Shown here: piece by piece, positions 28,650 through 38,744 of the stretch | How positions within the stretch are numbered: the first letter of the stretch is position 1 | Layout: each line of letters begins with the position of its first letter | Assembly: GCA_041615815.1 (NCBI GenBank) | Contig: JBFJCP010000010.1 | Location: 32,001 to 96,000, forward strand | DNA from: Gemmatimonadales bacterium | GTDB taxonomy: Bacteria; Gemmatimonadota; Gemmatimonadetes; Gemmatimonadales; GWC2-71-9 | DNA: 64,000 nt | Reading direction: 5' to 3' | Translations under genes and position numbers: made by a program | Notes under the pieces: generated by a model | The model's database searches: none | What the model was told of the DNA's origin: nothing | The model's input: only the letters and a program-made list of their open reading frames with translations

Positions 28650-30130
28650 GCCTGCTCCTCCTCAACCGCGCCGGCCCCGGGCTCGGGATCGTGGGGCAGG
28701 CTGCCGCGGGGTGATCGGAGGTAGCCGAACGGTGTTTGGAAAAGAAAGTTCGAGACGCGTGACATGTAGATGTCCGCGTGTCGCTCCACCTGACGTGCCA
28801 GATGGCTCTTGTCATTGCCCGCCCGCATCAGGGGTCCCCAATTGGAATTGTTCAGCGCGCTGGCGGCACTCGCCAACGGTGAAATCTCCGCATCCAGCGC
28901 CATGATCTCTTCCCGGGTCGACGCGAGTCGTCGTTCGAGAACCCCGATTGACGTGCGTGGCGAGGGCCCATAGGCCTCCCGCTTCCGCTGCAGCTGGAGC
29001 CGCAGCTGATACATCTCGTACTCCAGACGTTCCTTTTGCTTCATGAGCGTTGTAAGACGGTGCTGCTGCGGTTCGAAGTCCACCGAGGCCGCGAAATCAG
29101 CCTCCAACTCGCGCAGCACGAGAGCCGTACGCCATCGGGATACACTCTTCGATACCTGGACGTCGGTATACAGGTGGTCCCCCACATAAAGAATCTCGTC
29201 GCCGGACATGCCAAGGTACCGCTCCACTGCCGGGGCATTGCCACCGAGATAGATCCCTCCGTGCCGGATTCCCCAAGGCGAGGGTCGCAATAGCCCGTCA
29301 TCGTTCACGACTTCGAATACCGGATTTGGGGACGAGAAAAAACTGGGTTTGCGGGCGGACACAATGATGACGTCGAAGAGATCACGCCACGTCATGTCAT
29401 CGGGCAAGTACGCGTCAAACGCGTACGTCATCATGGCACGGGTGTAGTCCCACTCCGAATTGGTAATTGCGAGGAGCTTCTTCCCCGCATGCCGCTGGTC
29501 CAAAATGGCGAGCGGTAGGTCCGGATCCAGTTCGACGAACCGATCTGGATCGGCGATGATCTCCGCCTTGAGCTCCCCCTCCATATGCGCTTCGTCTATC
29601 GACGTCCGAACCGCCCGGTACAGGTCCGTGTATCCGAGCACGCCTTCGATCTTTCCGGCGTCCAAGAGATCGACGAGCTGGGCGTACATACAGGCCTCGG
29701 ACAGGGAGAACAGGGTGTTGAGGAACTGAAACCGCGGTTCGTTGAGGTCCACGAGAATACGAGCGTAGGTCTCACGTTGCTCATCGAAGCTCGTCCGACT
29801 CGTTCCGTGAAAGGCACGTTTGACATAGCCGAAGCGATTGGCCTTGACCAAGTTCCCTCGCTCGATGTCGAGGATGAGGCCGCGGACGATCAGTTGCGGA
29901 TCGAACTCGAGATCCTGAACCGGCCAGCCAAACGCCAAGAGCTTTTGGCGCAGATGCTCGTACGCGCGTCGCTCCCACTCTTCGATCCGATAGTGGATGA
30001 GCGTGTAATCCATGTCGTACCCGATGGCCTTGATGGCGCGGAGGTTGAGCGTTCGGTTGCAGAAGATCTGACGCTCCCGCCCCGGGGTCGGTGAGTCGTG
30101 GGGCTGGGGGAGCGGTTGGGCGGTGCTCAC
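28646..30130 (-). CDS. HAD-IG family cytosolic 5'-nucleotidase (cN-II-like)
   Basis: IFCNRTLNL, GYDMDYTL, ITNS, ARKPSFF, YVGDHLYTD, WRTALV, ADIYMSRVSN. GTG overlaps the thiD stop. Confidence 0.9.
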   Translation of the reverse strand: MSTAQPLPQPHDSPTPGRERQIFCNRTLNLRAIKAIGYDMDYTLIHYRIEEWERRAYEHLRQKLLAFGWPVQDLEFDPQLIVRGLILDIERGNLVKANRFGYVKRAFHGTSRTSFDEQRETYARILVDLNEPRFQFLNTLFSLSEACMYAQLVDLLDAGKIEGVLGYTDLYRAVRTSIDEAHMEGELKAEIIADPDRFVELDPDLPLAILDQRHAGKKLLAITNSEWDYTRAMMTYAFDAYLPDDMTWRDLFDVIIVSARKPSFFSSPNPVFEVVNDDGLLRPSPWGIRHGGIYLGGNAPAVERYLGMSGDEILYVGDHLYTDVQVSKSVSRWRTALVLRELEADFAASVDFEPQQHRLTTLMKQKERLEYEMYQLRLQLQRKREAYGPSPRTSIGVLERRLASTREEIMALDAEISPLASAASALNNSNWGPLMRAGNDKSHLARQVERHADIYMSRVSNFLFQTPFGYLRSPRGSLPHDPEPGAGAVEEEQA

Positions 30131-30933
30131 GACGGCATCACCTCCAAACCCGGCACAGGAGCAAAGTGGTTGAGGGGACCGTGGCCTTGGCCAATCCCAG
30201 GCGCGGTGGCGATGCCCTCGTGCACGAACGCCAGCGCCTCGCGGACGGCACGGTCCAGATCCCATTCCAAGGCGAGGCCGGCGGCGACCGCGGCGGAAAG
30301 CGTGCAACCCGTTCCGTGCGTCGATGTCGTCTGGATTCGCGGCTGTGAGACATGGTGCACCGTATCGCCATACACGAGCACATCCACGACCTCGTCTCCC
30401 TCCAGGTGTCCGCCTTTGACCACTGCGGCGGTGGCCCCCATGGCCACCAGGGCGCGGCCGGCACGCTCCAGATCGGTGATCGAATCGATGCGTTCGCCCG
30501 CGAGAATCTGAGCCTCGTCCCGATTGGGCGTGACCACGGTGGCGAGCGGAACGAGTTGGCGTCCCACGAGCTGCTCAGCAGCCGGCTCGAGCAGCCGGTC
30601 ACCCGAGGTCGCGACCATCACGGGATCCAGCACGTAATTGGGGAATCCGTGCCGCGCCATCGCGTGGGCCACGACCTCCACGAGCTCGCCCGTAGCGAGC
30701 ATCCCGCTCTTCACGGCGTTGGGGGGGAGGTCCGCTGCCACGGCGTCGAGCTGAGCTGCTACGATCTCTGGCGGAACCGGGTGAATGGCGGCAACCCCCT
30801 TGGTGTTCTGGGCGGTGATGGCTACAACGGCTGAGGTGCCAAAGACCCGATACTGGTGAAAAGTCTTCAGATCCGCTTGGATCCCGGCCCCGCCACCGGA
30901 GTCCGAGCCTGCGATCGTCAACGCAATTCTCAT
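30127..30933 (-). CDS. thiD: Hydroxymethylpyrimidine/phosphomethylpyrimidine kinase
   Basis: [49 protein letters not shown]. Confidence 0.95.
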   Translation of the reverse strand: MRIALTIAGSDSGGGAGIQADLKTFHQYRVFGTSAVVAITAQNTKGVAAIHPVPPEIVAAQLDAVAADLPPNAVKSGMLATGELVEVVAHAMARHGFPNYVLDPVMVATSGDRLLEPAAEQLVGRQLVPLATVVTPNRDEAQILAGERIDSITDLERAGRALVAMGATAAVVKGGHLEGDEVVDVLVYGDTVHHVSQPRIQTTSTHGTGCTLSAAVAAGLALEWDLDRAVREALAFVHEGIATAPGIGQGHGPLNHFAPVPGLEVMPS

Positions 30934-31004
30934 CTTCGCCTATCTCGCGCGAATCCAGTCACTTGGCGGACGGGGGCAGTGGGGTAAATTCGTGGCCAGC
31001 ACTC

Positions 31005-31775
31005 ATGAACTCCAATCTCATCACGCTGATCCGAAATCTGCAACATCGGAAAGGGCGCCGGCGCCGCGGCCTCGCCGTGGCTGAAGGCGTGCGACTGGTA
31101 GACGAGGCGCTCAAAGCGAGCGTGCCGTTCCGTGGTGCCGTGGTGAGTCCGGTGGGGAAGAGCACACCACTCGGTCGGAACCTCCTCGGTGCACTCGCCG
31201 CCCACGCCGTCCCCATCGAGGAGATCGGCGAGCGGGAGTTGGCGACGTTGGCGGACACGGACACCCCCCAGGGGATCCTGGCCGTGATCGAGCCGCCACG
31301 ATTTACCCTCTCAGACATCAAGCCCCACGATCGATTCCCGATCCTCGTGTTGGATGGCGTCCAAGACCCGGGCAACGTCGGAGCCCTGCTCCGCACCGCC
31401 TTCGCCCTCGGGGCGCCCGGCGCCATCCTGCTGAAAGGCACAGCCGACGCCACGAATCCCAAGGTTCTGCGTGCCGGCATGGGGGCGTCGTTTCGGCTTC
31501 CGGCAGCCACCGCTGATGAGACCACGTTCGCAGAGTGGGTGCGGGAGCACGACGCGAGCGTATGGGCGGCTGACGCGCAGGGGGTCCGGCTGGAGCGTCT
31601 GGATCCGCCGCCGCGGCTTGCCATCGCCGTGGGGAACGAAGGAGCCGGCCTACGGCCGGCGGTCGCAAGTCTCGCCAAGCAACGGGTTGCCATCGGGCTT
31701 GCTCGCGGGGCGGAATCCCTCAACGTCACGGTGGCAGCAGGCATCCTGCTCTACGAGGTGCAGCGTGATCGGTGA
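31005..31775 (+). CDS. TrmH/SpoU-family RNA methyltransferase
   Basis: [43 protein letters not shown]. Confidence 0.92.
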   Translation: MNSNLITLIRNLQHRKGRRRRGLAVAEGVRLVDEALKASVPFRGAVVSPVGKSTPLGRNLLGALAAHAVPIEEIGERELATLADTDTPQGILAVIEPPRFTLSDIKPHDRFPILVLDGVQDPGNVGALLRTAFALGAPGAILLKGTADATNPKVLRAGMGASFRLPAATADETTFAEWVREHDASVWAADAQGVRLERLDPPPRLAIAVGNEGAGLRPAVASLAKQRVAIGLARGAESLNVTVAAGILLYEVQRDR

Positions 31776-32538
31776 TCCTTTGGTCTTGATGGTCGCGGGT
31801 GTGTTCGGTGCGATGCTCGGCAGCTTCCTGAACGTGTGCATCGTCCGACTTCCCAAAGACGAATCGATCGTCAGTCCCCGCTCGCGATGTCCCCGCTGCC
31901 ACACCCCCGTGGCCTGGTTCGACAACGTGCCGGTGCTGTCGTGGATCCTGCTCCGCGGGAAGTGTCGACACTGCGGCGAGACCATCTCAGTGCAGTACCC
32001 GGCCATCGAGCTGCTCACGGCGACGATCTGGATAGGCGCGGTCTGGTACTACGGCATCACCCTCACGGCTCTTGCGGCGGGCATGCTGGGGACCATCCTG
32101 CTGGGCATCGCCGTGACGGACGCGCGACACTACCTGATTCCAGACGAGTACACGTTCGGAGGGCTCGCCGTGGGCCTGGTGCTCTCGCTGCGCGGTGGCC
32201 TCGATGGTCTGGTCGCGGCTCTGGTGGGAGCGCTGGTAGGATTCGGGGTGCTCTATGCGGTGGCCTTCATCGGGGAGAAAGCCCTCGGTAAGGAAGCGAT
32301 GGGTGGCGGAGACATCAAGATGATGGCCATGGTCGGGGCATTTGTGGGGTGGCGGGGCGTGCTCCTCACCATCTTTGGGGGCGCCTTGCTGGGGACCCTG
32401 ATCTTCGTCCCGATCTCACTCTTGTCGAAAGACAAGCCGCTCGTTCCATTCGGCGTGTTCCTGGCCGGCGCCGCCGCCCTGGTGTTCGTGTTTGGCGACG
32501 CGGTGTGGCAATGGTACATGGGGTTCGTCGGCGGGTAG
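31765..32538 (+). CDS. pilD: Prepilin peptidase (A24)
   Basis: GSFLNVCI, SRCPRC, NVPVLSW, GKCRHC, MGGGDIK, VPFGVFL. The start is uncertain. Confidence 0.92.
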   Translation: MIGDPLVLMVAGVFGAMLGSFLNVCIVRLPKDESIVSPRSRCPRCHTPVAWFDNVPVLSWILLRGKCRHCGETISVQYPAIELLTATIWIGAVWYYGITLTALAAGMLGTILLGIAVTDARHYLIPDEYTFGGLAVGLVLSLRGGLDGLVAALVGALVGFGVLYAVAFIGEKALGKEAMGGGDIKMMAMVGAFVGWRGVLLTIFGGALLGTLIFVPISLLSKDKPLVPFGVFLAGAAALVFVFGDAVWQWYMGFVGG

Positions 32539-32631
32539 GGCGGACGGGTGGTGGGTCAGAACGAACCAAAGCGGGAGGTGGTGGGGGGTCTGCAAGCCGC
32601 GCTTTCCCCTCTGGCCGGCCCGCGCTCCCCG

Positions 32632-32657
32632 TAAACCTTTCGACGTATTCAACTATC
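32632..32657 (+). promoter_or_regulatory. Putative autoregulatory ECF promoter
   Basis: TAAACC-N16-TATC(caa) directly upstream of the second ECF gene; same spacing as 22149-22174. Confidence 0.5.
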
Positions 32658-32664
32658 CAAACGA

Positions 32665-33237
32665 GTGCATGCAGCTGATAGGCCTCGAGGGGTGCAGGCC
32701 CTGAAAAATCGGCAGGATACGCTCCAAGCGGATCCTGACGCGGTCGATGCCACGCTGGCCGCGAGTGGGGACGTGCATGCCTTCGAGCGCCTGTACCACG
32801 GTCATGTGGCTCGAATTCACAGCCTCGCGCGGAGGATGATGGGGCCTGAGGACGCGGACGAGGCGACGCAGGACGCGTTCGTGCGAGCCTGGGAAAAGCT
32901 CAGCACGTTTCGCGGGGAGTCAGCGTTCGGAACGTGGCTGCACCGCTTGGCGATCAACGTGATGTTGGCAGAGCGGACCCGCCGCGGCCGGCGCTGGCAT
33001 CGGGAACTCGCGGTGGAGATAGAGGGGGAGGCGACCACGAGTAGTCCGGAACTTCGGATGGACTTCGAGCGGGCGATGAGCCACCTGCCGGCGGGGGCTC
33101 GGGAGGTATTCGTGCTTCACGACATCGAGGGTTTCAAGCATCACGAGATCGGGGAGATGTTGGGAATCGCAGCGGGAACCTCCAAGGCACAGCTTCATCG
33201 CGCGCGCATGGCGCTGCGACAGCACCTGGATCGATGA
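32665..33237 (+). CDS. ECF sigma-70 factor
   Basis: AFERLY, TQDAFVRAW, FRGESAFGTWL, VFVLHDIEGFKHHEIG, GTSKAQLHRAR. The start may be GTG 32692. Confidence 0.93.
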   Translation: MHAADRPRGVQALKNRQDTLQADPDAVDATLAASGDVHAFERLYHGHVARIHSLARRMMGPEDADEATQDAFVRAWEKLSTFRGESAFGTWLHRLAINVMLAERTRRGRRWHRELAVEIEGEATTSSPELRMDFERAMSHLPAGAREVFVLHDIEGFKHHEIGEMLGIAAGTSKAQLHRARMALRQHLDR

Positions 33238-33250
33238 TAGGAGCAGCAAG

Positions 33251-33928
33251 ATGACGGATATATGGATCAATCGGCTGTCCGAGTACGTGGATCGAGAGCT
33301 CGACCCAGCAGACGAGGGTGCTCTCGAGGCCCATCTCGCGGAGTGTCAGCGCTGCCGGGCCACGGTGGAAGAGCTGCGGGGGGTCGTGGCCAGGGCTCGA
33401 GGCCTCGAGGACCGACCGCCGCTCAACGACCTGTGGTCGGGGATCGCGGGCCGGATTGCTGGAAAACGCGTTCCCGCCGCCGTGGTGGATCTGGGGACGG
33501 CGCGCCGGCGGCGCATCGCGTTTTCCGTGCCGCAGCTCCTGGCAGCGGGCATTGCGTTGATGGCGGTATCGGGCGGTGCGGTATGGCTGGCCATCCGCGC
33601 ACCGGTGGCCACGCAGACTCCGGTGGCGGTCGAGGGGGTGGCTCCCAATGCGATGACCGCGCGGCCGGTCCTCGCCGCCGACGAATACGATTCGGCCATT
33701 GCGGAACTGGAACACGTCCTGCGCGAACATCGCGATCAATTGGATCCCGAGACGGTGGCGACGCTGACCGAGAGCGTCGCGGCGATCGACCGCGCGATCG
33801 AGGAGGCCCAAGCCGCCCTCGTATCGGATCCGGCCAACGCCTATCTCAACAACCATCTTGCGGACACGATGCGTCGCAAGATTCACGTACTGAGCCGGGC
33901 GGCGGCGCTCGTCCGGACCGCGAGCTGA
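33251..33928 (+). CDS. Zinc-finger (zf-HC2/ZAS) anti-sigma factor
   Basis: LSEYVDREL...HLAECQRC; one TM; helical C-terminal domain. Confidence 0.88.
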   Translation: MTDIWINRLSEYVDRELDPADEGALEAHLAECQRCRATVEELRGVVARARGLEDRPPLNDLWSGIAGRIAGKRVPAAVVDLGTARRRRIAFSVPQLLAAGIALMAVSGGAVWLAIRAPVATQTPVAVEGVAPNAMTARPVLAADEYDSAIAELEHVLREHRDQLDPETVATLTESVAAIDRAIEEAQAALVSDPANAYLNNHLADTMRRKIHVLSRAAALVRTAS

Positions 33929-33969
33929 TGGTGAGGAGTGAAACCGATGCTGGCGGAGGAGAGTAGGGT

Positions 33970-34833
33970 ATGCTAACGGCGGTAGTGGGCGGTTTCGTCC
34001 TGAGCCTCGCGCTGGTCCAACAGACCGACACCGTGGTGACGGTCCGTCCAGATGCTCGTCTCGAGGTGGGTGGGTTGGGGGGTGAGGTGGTGGTGCGGAC
34101 GTGGGATCGAACCAACCAAATGCGGGTGGTGGCGTATCACTCGAGTCAGTCGACCGTCGAGATTCGGTCCGGTGTATCGAGCGTACGGCTCGAAGCCAAG
34201 TCTCGCCGGGGCGTTCCTCGATCCGTCGAATACCAAGTCACCGTGCCGAGGACGATGGACGTCGAGGTGAACGGCACGTTCATGGATGCGGACATTCGAG
34301 GTGTGCAGGGGAGTGTGGCTGTCGAGACCGTGCAAGGCGATGTGCGGGTGGAAGGTGGGGCTCGATACGTCCGCGCCGTGTCGGTCCAGGGCGATGTCGA
34401 GGTCCAGGGAGCACGGGGCCGGGTGTTCGTGGAAACGGTCAACGGGACTCTGCGGGTGCGGAACGTCGTCGGGGAGGTCCGGGCCGAGACGGTCAACGGG
34501 GGGCTCTTTTTGGAAGGAATCGACGCCCGGTCGGTCGAGGCCGCAACGGTGAATGGTGAGATCGTCTACGACGGCACGATATCCGACGGAGGCCGGTACT
34601 CGTTCAATACACACAACGGCGATCTCACAGTATCGGTGCCGGAGCGAGCCAACGTGACGATCTCGGTATCGACGTTCAACGGAGACTTCGAATCGGACTT
34701 CCCTGTCACCATCACGGGGACGAGGGGAAAGCGCTTCAACTTCACGCTGGGCTCCGGCAGCGCGCGTTTGGAGCTGGAGTCGTTCGGCGGGAGCATTCGT
34801 TTGCGCCGTCCCGGGACTGGCCGGCGGCGTTGA
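33970..34833 (+). CDS. Exported DUF4097-like beta-strand repeat protein
   Basis: Signal peptide; repeated TVQGDV / TVNG / THNGDL / TFNGDF units; ends LELESFGGSIRL. Confidence 0.82.
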   Translation: MLTAVVGGFVLSLALVQQTDTVVTVRPDARLEVGGLGGEVVVRTWDRTNQMRVVAYHSSQSTVEIRSGVSSVRLEAKSRRGVPRSVEYQVTVPRTMDVEVNGTFMDADIRGVQGSVAVETVQGDVRVEGGARYVRAVSVQGDVEVQGARGRVFVETVNGTLRVRNVVGEVRAETVNGGLFLEGIDARSVEAATVNGEIVYDGTISDGGRYSFNTHNGDLTVSVPERANVTISVSTFNGDFESDFPVTITGTRGKRFNFTLGSGSARLELESFGGSIRLRRPGTGRRR

Positions 34834-34882
34834 TGCGGTTGCGTATCTTCGATCACGAGGTAATGTCAAAGGAGTGAAACTC

Positions 34883-35707
34883 ATGAAGATTTTCCCCGTG
34901 GTCGCCGTATTGGGCGTCATTGGCTGGTCGGTCATGCGTCCAGAGATCAGTGAGCATGTCGGTCACGTCAGGGCACATGCTCGGTCGTCCACTTCAGCCC
35001 AAGACTTTCAGTGGCGTGGGCAGATTGCGGCCGGAAACGCCATCGAGATTCGCGGTGTCAACGGTGATGTCAGGGCCATGCTCGCGAGCGGGCCGGAGGT
35101 CGAGGTCACGGCCGAGAAGCGTGCCGGACGCCGGGGGGATCCCGAAGAGGTGACCATCGAAGTGCTCGAGCACGACGGCGGCGTGACCGTTTGCGCCATG
35201 TATCCATCTCGGCGCGATGCCAACGAGTGCAGACCCGGCGGCGGCAAGATGAACGTGAAAGACAACGATACCCAAGTACGCTTCACGGTGCGGGTGCCGG
35301 CGGGGGTCCGCTTCAAAGGCCACACGGTGAATGGTGATGTCGAGGCCACCGGTCTCGAGAGCGATATCAACGCCCACACGGTGAACGGTGGCATCGAGGT
35401 GAGCACGTCCGGGTTCGCCGAAGCGAGTACCGTGAACGGTTCCATCCGGGCAACGATGGGTCGTGCGGACTGGGAAGGCGGACTCGATTTCTCGACCGTC
35501 AATGGGAGCATCACTGTGACGCTCCCGACGGACGTGCATGCGGACGTTCGTGCGAGCACCGTCAACGGCAGTATCGAGACGGACTTTCCGCTCACGGTCT
35601 CTGGTCGCTTCACGCGCCGCAAGATGGAGGGTGTAATTGGCGACGGTGGCCGCGATCTCCAATTCGAAACCGTGAATGGGAGCATCAAACTGCGACGCAG
35701 CTCCTAG
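34883..35707 (+). CDS. Exported DUF4097-like beta-strand repeat protein
   Basis: AAGGAG RBS; N-terminal hydrophobic helix; repeated TVNG(D/S/G)(V/I) units; Cys pair VCAMY...NEC. Confidence 0.82.
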   Translation: MKIFPVVAVLGVIGWSVMRPEISEHVGHVRAHARSSTSAQDFQWRGQIAAGNAIEIRGVNGDVRAMLASGPEVEVTAEKRAGRRGDPEEVTIEVLEHDGGVTVCAMYPSRRDANECRPGGGKMNVKDNDTQVRFTVRVPAGVRFKGHTVNGDVEATGLESDINAHTVNGGIEVSTSGFAEASTVNGSIRATMGRADWEGGLDFSTVNGSITVTLPTDVHADVRASTVNGSIETDFPLTVSGRFTRRKMEGVIGDGGRDLQFETVNGSIKLRRSS

Positions 35708-35737
35708 ACTCCCCCGCCGCGTTGGTGCGGTGGACTC

Positions 35738-35777
35738 AGCCGCCGGGTGTGCCGCGCATGCCCGGCGGTTACTATTT
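35738..35777 (+). terminator. Terminator-like hairpin after the ECF-DUF4097 operon
   Basis: 14-bp stem with three G-U pairs (AGCCGCCGGGTGTG / CATGCCCGGCGGTT) followed by ACTATTT. Confidence 0.55.
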
Positions 35778-35887
35778 GATCGCTGTATGATCATGCCCGG
35801 CTGGCACCTCCCATCGCCAATCGGGTACACGAGTCGGGTATCCTCACCGTCTCAGGGGGAATTCGTGTCATTGGATGGGTCAAATCC

Positions 35888-37087
35888 ATGCGCATGCACA
35901 TGACGCGCCTCGTGGGCCTGGCACTCGCGACGGTCAGTGGTAGTTGCGGCGTGCAGGGCGAGGCACAGGGGCCCAGCGAGATCCAGGCCCTCGCCGAGGC
36001 CCTGCTACCGGATGTCGAGCAGGCCGTGGGACTCACGTTCAAGTCCAATCCCGCCGTCGCGATCCGCACGCAGGAGCAAGTCCGAGCCTACCTGATCCAC
36101 AAGCTGGATGACGAGCTGCCTCCGGAGGAACTGGAGCGGCTTATCGTGGCATATCGCCTGTTCGGTCTGATTCCGGACACGCTCGACATGCGGCAGCTCC
36201 TGCTCGCCCTGTATCTCGAACAGGTGGTTGGCTACTACGATCCCGACTCGGCCACGCTCTACATGGTCGAGCAGGTGGATCCGGCGATCGCCAAGTTCAC
36301 GCTGGCACACGAGCTCGTCCACGCGCTCCAGGGCCAGTACGTCGCGCTGGACTCCCTTCTGTCCCTCAGGCGCCAGAACGACCGCAAGATGGCTGCCCAG
36401 GCGGTGTTCGAGGGGCAGGCGACGCTGGCCTCGTTCCAAGTGGTGTTCCCGGGTATGAATCCGGAGGCGACCGGACAATCATGGGGGGACTACTGGCGGG
36501 CGGTGCGGGAACAACAGGAGCGGATGCCGGTCTTTGCCAGTGCGCCGCTGATCATCCGAGAGTCGCTGGTGTTTCCCTACTTGGCGGGAGCGGACTTCAT
36601 GTGGTGGTTCACCAGGCAGTTTGCGGACACGGTGCCGTTCGGGCCCAAGCTCCCGCGGTCCACCGAGCACATCCTGCATCCGGACCGGTACCGGAGCGGC
36701 GACGCCCCGGTTGGGCTGGCGTTTGGACGCGGAGGCGATCCGATCTACGAGGACGGGCTTGGCGAGTTCGAGATGCGGGTGCTCATCACCCATCTCACGG
36801 GGAGCGAAATGACAGCTTCCGCGGCGGTTCAGGGTTGGGGGGGCGATCAGTACGCGGTCTACGCGATCGGCGATGATCACGCCCTGGTCTGGGTGAGCGT
36901 GTGGGATGACGTCACCGCGGCCGATCGGTTCGCGGCAGTGCTGGAGCGAAATTGGAAGGCGCGGGCTGCGAGGCGCGTCGTCATCGAGCGGATGGACGTC
37001 GAAGGCCGACCGGGAGTGCGAGTCGTGCAGGCGCCCACCACGTGGTCGGGGTGGAATGCCGTACCGACCGTGGAACTCATGAATTGA
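35888..37087 (+). CDS. Lipoprotein with zincin HExxH motif (putative metallopeptidase)
   Basis: Lipobox-like VSGSC; VGYYDP, LAHELVHALQ, EGQAT, FPYLAG, PRSTEHILHP, GWGGD. Confidence 0.75.
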   Translation: MRMHMTRLVGLALATVSGSCGVQGEAQGPSEIQALAEALLPDVEQAVGLTFKSNPAVAIRTQEQVRAYLIHKLDDELPPEELERLIVAYRLFGLIPDTLDMRQLLLALYLEQVVGYYDPDSATLYMVEQVDPAIAKFTLAHELVHALQGQYVALDSLLSLRRQNDRKMAAQAVFEGQATLASFQVVFPGMNPEATGQSWGDYWRAVREQQERMPVFASAPLIIRESLVFPYLAGADFMWWFTRQFADTVPFGPKLPRSTEHILHPDRYRSGDAPVGLAFGRGGDPIYEDGLGEFEMRVLITHLTGSEMTASAAVQGWGGDQYAVYAIGDDHALVWVSVWDDVTAADRFAAVLERNWKARAARRVVIERMDVEGRPGVRVVQAPTTWSGWNAVPTVELMN

Positions 37088-37128
37088 CCCGGGTGCCGAG
37101 GATCCGCCGAACCGCCAAGGTCAGGAAT

Positions 37129-38694
37129 CTACGGGAGCACCAGGGAGACCCCGTACGCGACGGCACCCACGATGGCACCCAACACGTAGCCCAGCCGGAC
37201 GATGACGTTCAGCTCCCGCTGGGAGGTGGCGCGGACGATCTCTTCGATGCGCTCGAGTGAAAACCCCAGCACCTTCTGCTCCACCATGGTCTGTACATCC
37301 ACGCGGTCCACGATGGTGGGCAGCTGATCTTGGATCCACGTCCAGAGCGCGGGAGCGAGCGCGGCGGCGAGCCGGTCCACGCTTCCCTCGGGAAGCCAGG
37401 CGGCCGGACGCCCGATGGGTCGGTCCAGCAAGCCCTGGAGGGCAGCCGCCGTGCCGTCGGCGACCCATGTGCGGACCTGTGGCGCCTGCGCAGCATCCGC
37501 CACGAGCTCGGCGGCGCGTTCCGGAGGGAGGTGGCGGAGAAGATCGCCCCACGTTCGCTGCTCGGTGGCCTCGAGGGCCCGGTCGAGCCGCTCGATCGCG
37601 TATCGTTTGGTGGTGGGGGCTCGCAGTACGGCGGTGATGTGGACGACGGCGGTTTCCTGGATGCCCGCGAGCCGCTCGGGCCCCAGGCGACGCAGATGGT
37701 CGCCGATGGGGCGGCGGAGGAAGCTCACGACGGCGTCGTTGATGCTGCGGGCAACCTGGGCTCGGACCTGTGGTTCGTCCAAGAGGTGGGCCAGATTGTC
37801 CGCCCCTTCGCGCTCGAAGTTGTCGAGCAGGCGAGCGACCGTTCTTTCGGTGACCACGAGGCGGGCCACGATGCGCTCGTGCAGCAGGAGGTCACGGACA
37901 AAACGTTGGAACAGGTCGTGCAAGGCGCGCTGGATGCGGGATCGGGCCTCGGGATCGGCGAGCGTCGTGGCGAGGCGGTCGAGGGCCACCGGGAGATAAT
38001 CTGCGACCTCCTTCTCGAGCGCGGCCACGATGCCGCGGGGAAGCCGCTCCAACAGAGGTGTCCGATCCTCGGCGAGATGGGCCAGTTGACGGCCAAGCCA
38101 ATCGTTGATCGTCTGCTCGAGCCCCTGGCTGGCCGCGGCGTCGGTCACCCAGGTTTCCACCCTCTCGCGAATGGCTGTGCGGCGCGCGTCCGTGAGGACC
38201 TCGCCGATGGGCCGATCCGCGAATTCGTCACGGGTCCGGGCGAGGAATCGCGCGACGGCCTCTCGGAAGGCGTCGGTGCTCACGAATTCGGCGGCTCGAT
38301 CCGCGACGGTGGGCGCCGTCTGCTCGAGCACACGCTCGACCTCCGCGAGCAGCCCCGGAGCGAGCTCGGAGCGGAGACTCCCCCGCTCGGTCTGGAGCAC
38401 GGAGACGACGAACTTGCGAACGGCGTTGTGAAAAGCCTCGCGCACGCCCGACGCACTGAGTTGACGGGTGAGGTCTTCGGACGTAAGTAGACGCTGGCCA
38501 ACCGTACGGCCGATGGTCTTGGCCAGTCTGGCCTTGTTCTTGGGGATCGCCCCTTGAAGCCGGAATGGTCCGGGACCTTTGGGCTCGTACGGGTGGAACA
38601 ACATCCAGATCGCCACCGCGTTGGTGACGCCGCCCGCCAAGGCACCGAAGAAGATCGTGACGGCGGCGTTGAGCAGGGACGCGTCAGCTAGCAC
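37129..38694 (-). CDS. DUF445-family membrane-anchored helical protein
   Basis: GGVTNAVAIWMLFHPY, QGAIPK; C-terminal ELNVIVRLGYVLGAIVG; long helical middle. Confidence 0.8.
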   Translation of the reverse strand: MLADASLLNAAVTIFFGALAGGVTNAVAIWMLFHPYEPKGPGPFRLQGAIPKNKARLAKTIGRTVGQRLLTSEDLTRQLSASGVREAFHNAVRKFVVSVLQTERGSLRSELAPGLLAEVERVLEQTAPTVADRAAEFVSTDAFREAVARFLARTRDEFADRPIGEVLTDARRTAIRERVETWVTDAAASQGLEQTINDWLGRQLAHLAEDRTPLLERLPRGIVAALEKEVADYLPVALDRLATTLADPEARSRIQRALHDLFQRFVRDLLLHERIVARLVVTERTVARLLDNFEREGADNLAHLLDEPQVRAQVARSINDAVVSFLRRPIGDHLRRLGPERLAGIQETAVVHITAVLRAPTTKRYAIERLDRALEATEQRTWGDLLRHLPPERAAELVADAAQAPQVRTWVADGTAAALQGLLDRPIGRPAAWLPEGSVDRLAAALAPALWTWIQDQLPTIVDRVDVQTMVEQKVLGFSLERIEEIVRATSQRELNVIVRLGYVLGAIVGAVAYGVSLVLP

Positions 38695-38744
38695 GCGTCA
38701 CCCACGTTTGGCCGATTGGAGAACGAGCGCAGTCAGAGGGCACG

